DNA from: Octopus sinensis
Taxonomy: Eukaryota
Length of the DNA stretch: 64,000 nt
Direction of reading: 5' to 3'
Assembly: GCF_006345805.1 (NCBI RefSeq)
Contig: NC_042999.1
Location: forward strand, 127,844,001-127,908,000
The position numbers and the translations under genes are program-made. Shown here one piece after another: positions 10,936 to 23,899 of this stretch; position 1 is the first letter of the stretch; each line of letters opens with the position of its first letter. Below the pieces are notes generated by a model, which did no database searches, was not told where the DNA came from, and saw only the letters and a list, made by a program, of their open reading frames with translations.

Positions 10936-11691
10936 TAGTTTGGCACTCGCCACTGACCACACGCATCTAGTCTCCAGCAACGACATCCTGACACCAGCCA
11001 GTCTCCGCTCTCTGCGCTTGCTGTATGAAGACCACAGGCCAACACCAACAGTACTTCAACTATGTCTATTCACCATCAACAGATCAGCCTAACTATGAAG
11101 TTCTCTCACATCTTTGTAATAACTTGTTGTGTTATGTCAATTCATGTATGGCAGTCATTGTATTTTATAACAGAGAATAACCAGTTCATTTCATCTCAAG
11201 TTGTATATATCCACATTCACACTTCATTAAACATCTTCGTTATAAATGGATATGCATCACATTGTTGTTATAATTTGGCATTCGAATAGAGTTTTCGTAA
11301 TAAAAATATCTTCCCATATGTTCTTTGTTGCACATCCGTCACGCACTTTCAATTAATTATTATTAATGAAGTACTATTTATTGTGGAATTTTTTTCCCAC
11401 TAATTTCTATTGGTCATGTTTATCATTGCAAAAACATTATCAGCCCGACATGTTGGTAAATAACGTAAAAAAATGAATATGGATGCGAAACTGTTGTGCG
11501 AGTAGTGATTCCGTCACACTGGAATTTATAAGCTGTTGTCTTATGCAGACGATAGTTTAGCTTCATTGCTTTGTCACATGTATTATTTTAGCCAATTAGA
11601 AAGTTTGATCAGTCAGAGACTAGTCGCTCGGGTGCCATGTTTGAACACTACGTCTGTTTCATGTTCTTTTAACTGTCAATAACCACAACTT

Positions 11692-11692
<1 letters not shown>

Positions 11693-11727
<35 letters not shown>
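11693..11727. repeat. (CT)n microsatellite
   Basis: Direct reading. Confidence 0.95.
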
Positions 11728-11730
<3 letters not shown>

Positions 11731-11779
11731 CAGCTAGCAGTTAACTTTTTGTCGTAGTCCCGACAGAATAACTTCTACC

Positions 11780-12349
11780 GGCCATCTTTCGTTTTGACTT
11801 GCAGAAATGTCATTCGGGTCAGCTGGTTGTTCGTTCATTTCTGTATAATTTATTTATTTATTTACTTATGTTTTCATGACATGTGGAAGGTGACATTTCC
11901 TTTGAAGTGAGAGCAGAAAGCGAGAGGATAAAGTGTGAAAGGTGCTTGTATGTGTATATGAAATGGACGTGTGTATGTGTGTGTGTGTGCGTGTGTGAGA
12001 GAGAGAGAGAGCGAGTGAGTGAGTGGAGGTGTGTGTTATGCATGTATTTTTTTTGTATATATGTGCAAGTGGCTAGGGTTCGTTCTTACCTGCTGCACAC
12101 TAAAAAGCGCCGTGTTCAGCACTATGTATTTGTAGTCAGTCACATACGCACACAAACACACACGTACACCCCCACCACACACGAACATACAAAAAAGATG
12201 TATGCATATGTATTTGTGTAATGGTAATGGGTGTACGTGTTTGTGTGTGTGCAGCAGGTAAGGACGAACCCTAACCACTTACATATACATGCCAAAAAGT
12301 ACATACATGACAACACACACCTTCACTCACTCACTCTCTCTCCCTCTCT

Positions 12350-12380
<31 letters not shown>

Positions 12381-12535
12381 CCATACATCTTTCACTTTCT
12401 GCTCTCACTTCAAAGCAAATGTCACCTTTCACGCGTCATGCAAACAAAAGTAAATAAATTTTTAAAATTTATGGAAATTAACAAACAACCAGCTGATCCA
12501 AATGACATTTCTGCAAGTCAAAATGTAAGATGGCC
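11780..12535. repeat. Large inverted duplication (foldback), arms 11780-12100 and 12247-12535
   Basis: The reverse complement of the left arm aligns with the right arm from gtgtgcagcaggtaag to gacatttctgcaagtcaaaa..agatggcc. Pairing continues inside the spacer (cacgtacaccc / gggtgtacgtg). Confidence 0.93.
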
Positions 12536-15500
12536 CTTTTCCCAGTTTAAAAACATCTATTTTTCTCCTTTTACAGCTGACCATTATCTCATCACACACA
12601 TTTGACTCAATGACACAAATTATTCCGTTGACTCAAATATATTTTTATGCATACCCACTTGGTTTTGCAAAATATGAAAATATCTATCTACCTTTTTCTT
12701 TAGCACAAACTATCTAATTAACAGGTATGTATATTTTGATGGACACGTTCATATAATATATTGCCTTGATTTATATTTCAATGAAGATTTGTGATATTCT
12801 GAGCTGAATTGTGTGAGATTGAATCTACAACTGCACGACTACAAAGCAAAGTTATTGCCCAAAAGGAATGTTTGTGCCCACCAATATGCTAGGTCTGAAT
12901 TTTGGCACAAGGCCCTTTTGGGAAAGGGTAAGTCAATTACATCGATCCCAGTGCTCAATTGGTATTTATTTTATCAACCTCAAAAGGATGAAAAAGGCAA
13001 AGTTGACCTTGGTGAAATTTGAACTCAGAACATAAAGATGGATGATGTGCCAATAAACATTTTGCCAGCATACTAATGATTCTGCCTGCCTGCCACTTTG
13101 TGCTCACCACTATATTAGCAATGGTACATGTTGGACAAAGAGTAAAAGATTCTAAAATTATAGTATTTCACTTCATTCATATAATTGACCTCACCACTTG
13201 ACTTGTTCTTGATGGTATTTGAACTCAGAACATGAAGAGTTGGAAGAAATACTGCTAAGCATTTTGTCTGGCATGCTAACCATTCTACCAGTTCGCCACA
13301 ATAGCGTAAATAATCCTTTCTACTAAAGGCACAAGGCTTGGAATTTGGTGGGAAGGGACTAGTCGATTACATTGACACCACTGTTTTACTGGTCCTTAAT
13401 TTATCGACTCCAAAAGGATAAAAAGCAAAGTTGACCTCTGCATAATTTGAACTCAGAATGTAACAACGGGCGAAATACCTCTAAGCATTTCGTCCAGTGT
13501 GCTAACAATTCTGTCAGCTTGCCACCTTATGGTAGAGTAAATAATAATGCATGAAATAGAAGTTTGATATTTTACTGTTTTACTTTTCTATAAAATATTC
13601 ATACATTCTGTGGGAACATCTGTATGGTTGTTTAAGCAGCTAGAAATAGTAACCAAACCTCTTTCAAATCTCACAATATACTTATAAAAAAAGTACACAT
13701 TGGCAATGTAGAAAAAAATAAAATGGGAAGGTCACAATTGGAATAATCACAGTATATCACTTGTGAGGTAATTTTTTTTTTTTTTTTTTAGGTTCAGTAT
13801 CTGTTATTATTAGCATTGAAGGGTTTAGACTCAGGGCACAGAAACAATAAAATCAACTCTTGGAATGGCTTAACTTCAGCATGTTTTCTTTCTGCCTGCT
13901 TCACTGCCTTTCTAATGATAATCATATCTTTAAATTAATTTAATTATCATTAGTCTTTCCATGTTGACCCAATCATTAACAATACAATCAATAAGTGGGT
14001 TGTTGTCCACCTTAAATACTTTCATAATTAATCCATTGCTAATTAATCTACAATTGAGTCTATATTAAGCAGCTGTTATTCAAAGATGAAATCACAAGGT
14101 TAAATTTAACTCAATATTGTCTCTATAAATACTCACAACAAATATAGGTTAAATATGTATTTATGATTATATTGAAGTGATTACTTTGAAGAATAATGAT
14201 TGGCCTTTGCAAAATGAATTCAGTTAAGCAAGTTTATAATGTAATATTGTTGTGTTGGAATGATATCTGGTATGAATACTAATAATAAAAATATTGGTAT
14301 CAAACTTTGGTACGAGGCCAGCAATTTGGGGAGGTAGAGGATAAGCTGGTTACATCAATTCCTATCCTCAACTGGTACTTATTTTATCAACCTTAAAGGA
14401 TGAAGAGCAAAGTCAAAGGAATTTGAACTGAGAATGTAAAGCCAGAAGAAATTCCACCAAGCATTTTGTTTTATGCATTAATGAGTCTGATCACTCATTG
14501 CCTCATGATAATGATGATTTAAGCATTTACAGTATGACACAATTTTTTTCTCCTTCTCATTTTACAGATATCTTTTATCATTTACCTGTTTCAGTCATTA
14601 GACTGTGGCCATGCTGGGGCACAGCCTTGAAGAATTTCTAGTTGAATGAATTGATCCCCCCCGTACTAACTTTTCTGTTAACTTGGTACTTATTCTATCA
14701 GTATATTCTGTCAATATACTCACACTTATTAAGCGTGAATTTATATACGTGTGTGTCTGAAGTGACATCCATGAAATCAAGGGAGGTTTGGAGTGTTCAC
14801 TGCTTTTCACCAGTTTTATTAGATTAACCAAAGTATAATCTCCCCCAGCTATATACAGACTGTATAAACAAACTCAAGGTTGCCCATTCTCTCTTCTTGG
14901 TAGCATGCAGCTATCCAATCTTTCTTTCTTCAAACAGAACTTGACCAACTGAATAGATCAGGCATGGGCAACCGTTTTTGGGAATCAGGCTACTTGAAAC
15001 ACAGCTTATCATCATGTGGGCCATACCACTAAAAAAATTCAAGTCAGCAAAATACCAAGTTTGTCTTTGAACCAAGTCATCTATGTTGATTCCACATATT
15101 TTTAGCTCAGCAATATTTTCCATTTACATGGCTACATGTAGCACAGAAAAAGTTTTAATTCAAGAACACACACACACATATAATGCTACATCCACAATGA
15201 AAATTTGTTTTATTAATGTTGAAACTGAAAATTATTACTTTTATTCTGTATAAATTACTGCCTCATTAAAACCTGTACTTCACAAACTTATGGAATTAAA
15301 TGCATGCTTTTTATGTTTTAAATTGTCACACTAGTTAGGACAGTAGAATTCCACACTTCTGATGGTATGTTTAAAATAAACAAGAACTATAAAATATAAC
15401 TTGTTATTTTTTGTATTCTTCTTTAGTCCTGTATAAATATGTTGCTAAATAAAAATTTCATTTTCAATAGTAATTCCTTTCTACATTTTAAGCAAATAAA

Positions 15501-15990
15501 TTATCTTCTTTCAAACTTAAAGCAAAAAGTTTTGTCTTTTCTTTAGACAGCAATAAGTCCCTTATATGATCTTCTAGTTACTTTTGAGTAAATAATATTG
15601 GCTCAAATTTTTCTTCAGCTAAGTATTCAGACTCTTTAAGAGGTCTAGCACCTCCACTAGTTGCAACTTTATCACTGTCCATTTGATCATCTGCAGAAGC
15701 TAGTTTGGGGGAAGGGAATAGGTATTGTTTCATCAAGCTGGATTGGTCTATCACCAACATAGGTTTGAACACAATCATATGGTTGCTCCTTGTGGAAAGT
15801 TCAGTTGTACAAAATTAACAATTGATTTGATGATCTCATTATCCTCTCCACATCATTGATGGCTTCTCTTTGTTCAACCAATCATTGTCTGTTTGAACAA
15901 ACAGAACATATTGAATATAGTGCCCACAGCTATCTCGGTCGCTTATATGATAACCAAAGTATATCTGGCATATTTTCATAAATTTTGATA

Positions 15991-16220
15991 GGGGCCAGTA
16001 GGCAGAAGGCCATCAAATTGGCTGATGAAGCATCAGAGATTGCCTAAAGGTGGCTGTGGATCAAGAGAGGCAAGCCCTGGAAAAAGCAATACTACCAGGG
16101 TGGTGCTAGCTGGACATGAGCTGGGACTTGATCAACCCCAGCTGGACCACCTGGCTGAGGGTGTCTAGTGGTTGAAAGACCCAAAGCACCTAATGACCTT
16201 AGGAAACATCACTGATGACC
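15991..16220 (+). mobile_element. 3' fragment of a HERO-like (REL-endonuclease) non-LTR retrotransposon
   Basis: Translates as GASRQKAIKLADEASEIA*RWLWIKRGKPW, like the recalled HERO C-terminus (RAIK...EAAE.ASRWLWIKRG..W). It is followed by tgatcaaccccagctgg...gagggtgtct...gaaagaccc..acatcactgatga, which resembles the HERO 3'UTR. Confidence 0.65.
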
Positions 16221-16306
16221 TATAGAAAATCTTGTTATTGTATTTTAGTTGTATGAAATATCAGAAAAGGTATGGCAATTTTTACATTCACAGCCAGGTT
16301 AATTAA

Positions 16307-16414
16307 CCTTTAGCACACTGCATTTTCTCTAGAAAAGTTTTCCCTGTCACTGCCTTGATACGACAAAGGAGAAAACTCATACAGTGACATGATGCACCCA
16401 CAGTGTGCTAAAGG
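16307..16414. mobile_element. 108-bp piggyBac-type MITE
   Basis: Perfect 14-bp TIR cctttagcacactg / cagtgtgctaaagg flanked by TTAA on both sides (16303-06, 16415-18). Confidence 0.85.
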
Positions 16415-16714
16415 TTAACTGATAATGAGTTGAATAAATACTCTGAAAAACAGAAAATATTTCAAATGATAATTTCAAAACTAAAATGGATTTCATTGCA
16501 AAAACTCAAAATGCTACAGAAAAACTGAAGACAGTTTTGAAATCAGCATAATTTTTTTTTTTGTCCAACTTAAATCTTCTGCTGGGGCACCTTAATCTAT
16601 CTTGATACCTTCTCAAAAGAATTTGTGGAGTAGTAGGGATAGCTTACACCCATATATCAAACACTTATGTTTTGTGCTTGCCTTGTGTGTGTGTGTGTGT
16701 GTGTGTGTGTACAT

Positions 16715-17090
16715 GGTTATGTGGGGGTAAAGAAACTTGCTTCCCAACCACATGGTTTGGAGTTCAGTCCCACTGTATGGCACCTTGAGCAAGTGTCTTC
16801 TTCTATAGCTCTGAGCCAACTGAAGCCTTGTGAGTGGATTTGATAGACAGAAACTGAAAGAAGCCCATCGTGTGTGTATGTACGTATTTTGTATCCTGCC
16901 ACCATCATACAAGAGATGTCTACTTCCTGTTTTTTTGTGAACAACATGTCTGGCCATGGAAAATATAACCTTGTTTGGAAACAGGTGGAGGCTGACACCA
17001 GAAAGGGTATTCAGCAATAGAAAATGTCTCAACAAATTCCATCTGATTTATGCGAGCATGGAAAAGTGGACATTAGATGATAATAAGTAC
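16715..17090 (+). mobile_element. Compound of two SINE fragments (OR-like 5' part; ...agcatggaaaagtggacatt..gatgat 3' part)
   Basis: Same motifs as the well-preserved copies at 47702 and 54210. Confidence 0.7.
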
Positions 17091-17833
17091 CTATTACAGA
17101 AATGCATGCACACACACACACACACACACATAACCTATACATCTAATCAAAAGTAGTTGTTTGGCTTAGTATCCATGTGACATAGGTTCCTTGATCACGT
17201 CTGGCCTGCTGCTTAAAACAATTACAACACGTGCACACACACACACATACATGCACACAACCATGCAGACAGACAGACAGACATGCATTATTTCTAAAGT
17301 GATGTATGTAAGTATATATTATCAAGAATATATGTGACAATGGTTTATGCAAATGTTTTAAATAAACACCCAAAATAAAGAGACTGATAATTATGTAAAA
17401 AAAAAACAAAAAAAAAAACCAGGCCAGTCCTAAATGAACAGATTTATGTCTTAAATCCTTTCAACCATGACTGTTCCATCTTTTTGTATATCTAAGACTA
17501 CATTATCCAATGTCTCTTTCAAAATAGTAGTGTGTGATTTGAGGCAGATTTAGTTGCTATTTCTAGCAGGTCAGATGGCTATATAGAGGCTCCCACATTG
17601 GCAATTAACATATTTCATATTTTCTTATTAGGACAGCCAGGTGGCATTAGCTCAATGGACTTTCAGATATTAATACTGAACAAACAGGATGCTGCCAGCT
17701 GTGGCTTTGTTTTCATATTTTGTCGTTTCAAATCACTGAGAGAATGAGAGAAATTTATATACTTCTGATGGTTTTGGTATACTCCTTACATGAAAATATG
17801 TATGCATGTGCATTGTGTGTGTGTGTGTGCATG

Positions 17834-17959
<126 letters not shown>

Positions 17960-18199
17960 AAGGAAGAAGTATAAAGTCCTTGTTACAATATTATATATTT
18001 GCAAAAAATGACCAGAAATGAATTTTCTGATAACTTTTTCCTTTTTAATAATTAGATGTTTATAAGTTTACAGAAGGTTATAGAGAGAGGGGGAGAGAGA
18101 AAGAGAGAGAGACAGACAGACAGGCAGAGACAGACAGAAGAGAGAGAGAGAGAGAGAGAGAGAGACACACACACACACACACTTCACTTACAGATCAGT

Positions 18200-18870
18200 T
18201 GCTTGTGTGGGCTCCTATATTCTGATGACCTAGTTCTTACAGCAGCAACTGTGAAAGATTTAGATAAAAATTCCAGACGTGGAAACAAAACCTAGAATCA
18301 ACAGGCCTCAAAGTAAACTTTGTGAAGTTTTAGTTAGTAGAAGAGAGAACACTGATAATATCAAGGAAATAACTGTGCTCAATATTCAGAGGAGGAATCA
18401 GAAGAAATTCCTTATAGTGTAACCAGCATAATGCATAGGTGCACTAGAGGTGAAGTGGAATCAAAAGCAAACTGATAATCAATAGCATCTGTTACCTAAG
18501 CAATCTAATTAGTAGTGGAGGAAGGTCTTCTGAAAGCATAATCACCAGAATTAGAATACACAGAGGAAAGTATAGGTAGCTATTATCTCTGTTAACTACA
18601 CTGGGCTCTCCAAGTGAAGTTTAGATCTCATGATGCATATATATATGAAAGAAGAAGGATGTGTAAAGTTTGGAAAGAAATGAAGAAAGCATGATCTATC
18701 TACTGAATGTGTAATGTTAGCGTGCATGAATGACAAGACAAATGAACTAGAAGAAAAGTTGGGTATAAGTGAAATTAATTGTTGTGTGCAAGAGTAATGG
18801 CTGTGTTGGAATGGACATGAAATGCATGTGGATGATAACTGCATAAAAGTACACACATAGATTGTAACAG
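18200..18870 (+). mobile_element. Decayed RTE-type LINE, RT region
   Basis: LLYSDDLVLTAATVKDLD is a YADD-motif remnant. It is followed, with frameshifts, by WKQNLESTGLKVN and later a W.GH.M remnant. Confidence 0.75.
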
Positions 18871-19194
18871 ACAAGAGGGCACTAGTAATTCCATATCACA
18901 TAATTTCAGTCTATTGGACACTATTGATATTATAAAAACACAGTAATTAATATTTTTACTGTTATATATACATTTTAAAATTGTTATTCTTTATTCTGTC
19001 ACTGGATTAAGTCTTTGGACTTGGGCCCAATTGGACTGCAGTCCACTACCTTCAAGGGCTCAAGGACTTCAGTTGGTCACTTTGAACCAAGTGCTTATTT
19101 TATTAAGGCTTACATAGACCAATATAGTTTGTCTGTATGCGTGTGTATACAGACACACACACACATATCTATATCTATCTATCTATCTATCTAT

Positions 19195-19236
<42 letters not shown>

Positions 19237-20229
19237 TATATATAATCATCATCATCATTTAGTACCTGTTTTCCATGGTGGCATAGGTTAGACAGTTTGA
19301 TTGGAACTGGTAAGCTGTACCAGGCTCCAGTCTGATTTTTGGCTTGGTGCCTACAACTGGATACCTTTCCTAATGCAAACCACTCCAAGAGTGTAGTGGG
19401 TGCCTTTTACATGATGAGTCTTCTCAAGCACAGCAAATCACCAATGGCCTTGAACATTTGTCACCACCTCTGTGAGACTCAACATCTGAAGATCATGCAT
19501 CACTACCTCATCCCATGTCTTCCTGGGTCTACCTCTTCCACAGGTTTCCTTCACAGTTAGAGATCAGCACTTCTTTACACAGTGTCATATATATATATAT
19601 ATATATATAACCCAGATCAGACTGGAGCCTGGTGCAGCCATCTGGCTCGTCAGTCCTCAGTCAAACCGTCCAACCTATGCCAGCATGAAAGCGGACATTA
19701 AACGATGATGATGATGATGATATATATATATATAACTACATGTCCTTTCTAATGCTACCAGCCAGTGAGGAAGCCTCTATGTGGTCACTTGACACACAAG
19801 AAATAGTAGCCAAATTTTCCTCAAATTGCAAACCATCTAAAAAACAAATGAAGTATAGGATGATGTACTCAAATATATTGCTATACTGTATTTCAGAATA
19901 TAGATTTTAACCAGCATTTTACTTGTAGATGTAGACAGAAGTAAGCAATTTTTTCTTGTATACAGTATCTTCATAGATAAGAAGACAATCCATTGTTGGG
20001 ATTTTGTCAGTGATGAAGTACCCTCTTAACTGTCCACAAAGATCCTGTTTTTAAGACTAACTTGCCAAGAATGCATTAGTTATAAAAATGTATTTATATG
20101 ATTAATTGAAAGCCTTAGTAAAAATAAAAATAGCTTTATAAGCAGCGTCTTCATAGACAGTTAAAAAGGGTATTTAGTCATACAAAAGATCGAAGCCAGT
20201 TTGGCTGATACTTTTTATTCTAAGAAAAT

Positions 20230-20480
20230 TTTGTATAAAATGTTTGTCTACACAGAGAATAGGATTTAAATCAGCCATATCTTGCCCAAATATTCTACAT
20301 ATTTTATGTTAGAACTGGCCAGATCTGGCCTATCATACCTGCCCTACAATGTCATTGTAAAAATAAATGATCATATCTTTGAAATCTTGAAGGTACAAAA
20401 TAATGTATGGTTAATTGAAAACAATGTGAATAAATAATCATAACATTTGACAGAATAATCTGAATGCTAAAGGATCAACA
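20230..20480 (-). mobile_element. Decayed copy of TTAA-MITE family also at 49695 and 60299
   Basis: Reverse-complement similarity (ctggccagatctggcc...tacaatgtcatt...tgaatgctaaagg). Confidence 0.65.
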
Positions 20481-21734
20481 TATTAGAAATCATTTGGGTA
20501 AAGGAAGACACACTGGAATGTCATTGATCAAAAATCTACTGGGTTACACAACATTAAGTAATAACCATCCTACTATGAGGAGTGCAGACTTTGTTCTATG
20601 CTCAGTCAAGCAAATTATGTTACTGCCTTGCTCTATGACACAACACAATGTGAGTAGTTTGATCTAAACCAGGTGTACTACTAAAGTAGGACTGACAGGA
20701 TATTAGCAGTATTATAGGCCATCAGGCAAATCAATGCACTAGGCCCTATAAGTTACAGTATACAAAGATTAATATTAGGCTCTGAGATAACTAACTTGCT
20801 TGAGACCAGCCCTAGTTCTAGGACACAAGCAACCTGTTTTAAAATGATCTAAATCAAAATCTTCCAACAAAATTTCATGCTAATTTAAGTTCCAAGCACC
20901 AGCTTAATAATGGTAAAATTATTTTACTAAATTCTTAATTATTTTAAAAATTAATTGAAACAAAAGGAGGAGTATTTCAGTAGAAATATGGTAATGAAAG
21001 GGATTCAAAATTTTAAAAGCTGCAGTGTAAAAATGTTTTATAAATCAGTCTCATATATTTTTCAACTGAGAGATGAAATCCATGCCAGCATGGAAAATGG
21101 ACGTTGATGCCATGAAACTGGGAAAACGAATTTGTCGTTAGTTAATAAAATTGGCAAATGAGTAGAGAGACCTTTCGAAAAATCTAGTGTGTGGGAAGGA
21201 AAATTAATTTACAACAAATAAGATCCTTCTTAGGTAAAAGTTTGAGGACCACCAACTTATAAACCTATATTTCATAAAACATAGGTTTATAAGTTGTGTA
21301 TGAGTTTGTCCCTCATCACCACTTGACAACCAGTGTTGGTGTGTTTACATCCCTATAACTTAGTGATTCAACAAAAGAGACTGATAGAATAAGTACCAAG
21401 CTTTAAAAAAACGTACTGGATTCAATTCATTCAACTAAAATTCCTCAAGGCAGTACTCCAGCATGGCCACAGTCTAACGACTGAAACAAGTAAAAAGGTG
21501 AAAAAAAAAAAAGATGGACTTGACATCAATTATATAATGTCAAGCAGGGTATAAGTTAACTGCATACATTAGGGGTTACAGGTGTCAAAAGGAATGCCCT
21601 GACCTTTTACAAGCCTTTAACACCAGTGGAAGGAAGCAATAATTATTCAAATTATACTCAAATCAGAGACTTCGTTAAAAAATAATGGCATCTGCTAAAG
21701 GCATTGAAATGGGGACAAGTAGAAGTGTATGTAT

Positions 21735-21920
21735 CATATTTCATCTGCTGTTACATTCTGAGTTCATATTCCACCGAGGTTGACTTTGCCTTTCATCCTT
21801 TCAGGGTCGATTAAATAAGTACCAGTTACGCATTGGGGTCAATGTAATCAGCTTAATCCCTTTGTCTGTCCTTGTTTGTCCCCTCTATGTTTAGGCCCCT
21901 GTGGGAAATATAGAAATAAA
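21735..21920 (+). mobile_element. SINE with Tx1-like 3' tail
   Basis: Standard SINE body followed by cctttgtctgtccttgtttgtcccctctatgt (21859-21890). Confidence 0.8.
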
Positions 21921-22208
21921 TATTTTTGTCTATCATATTTCGTCTGTCTTTACATTCATCCTTTCAGGGTTGATAAATTAAGTACCAATTGCATACTGGG
22001 GTCAATCTAATTGACTTGCACCCCCTCCCCCAAAATTTCGGGCCTTGTGCCTAGAGTAGAAAAGAATATTTTTATGTACCAGTCATAAACTATTAAGATT
22101 AGCCTACTTTTGTTAGGATTTGATAAATTAATGAAGATTGTTAAAAGAATTGTGTATCTTGTTTTCTGTTGTGTTCATTCAATATTTACCATATATATGA
22201 ACTACATC

Positions 22209-22243
<35 letters not shown>

Positions 22244-23899
22244 TATTCCTTTCTACTAAAGGCATAGGATGAAAGGCAAGGTTGACCTCAGTGGAATTTG
22301 AACTCAGAACATAAAGATGGACAAAATGATGCTAAGCATTTTACCCAACATGCTAATGATTCCTTGCCTTATTATTATTATTATTATTATTATTAATAAT
22401 AATAATTTCTGATTTAGGTGCAAGGTCAGCAATTTTTAGGGGAGGGAGTTGATATCATCAACCCCATTATTTGTCTGATACTTTATTTTATTGATCCTGG
22501 AAAGATGAAAGATAAAGTTGACCTTGGCAGTATTCAGAACATGAAAAACTAGAAGAAACATTGCAACACAACTGTTTTTCTTTTTGTCTTTTTTTTTTTT
22601 TTTGTTTTGGCATTAACAGTTCTGCTAGCTCATCAATTTTGAAGACAGGTTGTCAGTTGATCCCAATGGGATTTTATCTCAGAACATGAAGAACCACAAC
22701 AAATGCTGCAAAGCATTCTTTACACATGCTCGGCTAACAATTTTACAATCTATTGCCCTCAGCCTTGAAATGATGAAAGGTAAAGTTGGCCTCGATGGAA
22801 TTTGAACTCAGAATGTAACAGACCTAGAAGAAATGCTGTTACACATTTTATCTGTCACTCTATTGAAACTACAATAATACATTTAGATCAGTTCTTAAAA
22901 ACAGTGTTTAAAATACTTTTCTTTGCAAGCATGTGTTAGATAATTACACTCTTTAACAGAATTTTTCATTTTTATTTGTCATTGGTCAGTAGGTGTTATT
23001 TCACATTTGCTTCTATCTAGAAATCAAAGGAAATGACTAGTATTCCTTTCAAACTTTGCTTTTGTGATCTGGACATCAGTGTTTTGAAACTGACCTATTT
23101 TTCATTACATTTCAGACAGATCCAGTGTTGAGTTACTGAAGCAAAAATATCATTTTAGCAAATATTCTGCTCAATACCACAGATTTGCTTGTCAGTTGCT
23201 TGACCTTAACCACTTAGTGACTGACAACATGTGTGTCACTGATAATAAGGAGGAGTAGTGGAGAGCATCATAGCCATGTTTTGAGAGGGATTCTTTGGGG
23301 TTTGAATAAATGTAACAAAAGCAAAGTCTGAACATATTATTAGTCATTTTTCACAGTTTCTAGGGATAAGCAAAGAGGAAATACCAGGGGCTATCCATGA
23401 ACAAAATTTGTGTTATTGTGTTTCTATAAACTGTCTGAGCAGTCAACTTTACAAGATAGTAACCTCAGGTAGTAATGACACAAGATCATGATGCACGGAA
23501 AGAAACTACACAATGAGTAACTAATGTCAGCATAGGAAATGAATATGTAGCTGATGGTATTGATGAGGAAATCCTTTCCACAACTAAACACTTAATTATA
23601 GAGCTGGTATGTGTGGATACACACACACATACACACACATTATGACAAAGCAAAAAATTGAATCCTGCTTCATATAGCACAGGCACCTTGTATATGGTTG
23701 CCTGATCAGCTAAAATAGGTAATCATACAACAAGCAAATTTAAAAAAAAAACATACCTGTAGTTAGGTTGGCACATCTGGATCCTTCAGTCAGCAAATCA
23801 CCATTTGAGCTAATGAAATACAATTGTATTTTATAATTTTTTAATTGATGAGTTACACTTTTTTGTATTTTTTGGTTGTGATCAACTGTGATCATAGCC

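Noticed and set aside
23758-23810. Minus-strand mini-exon ending ACTACAG|gtatgt
   Set aside because: It adjoins a decayed RTE LINE and is not frame-compatible with the next candidate.
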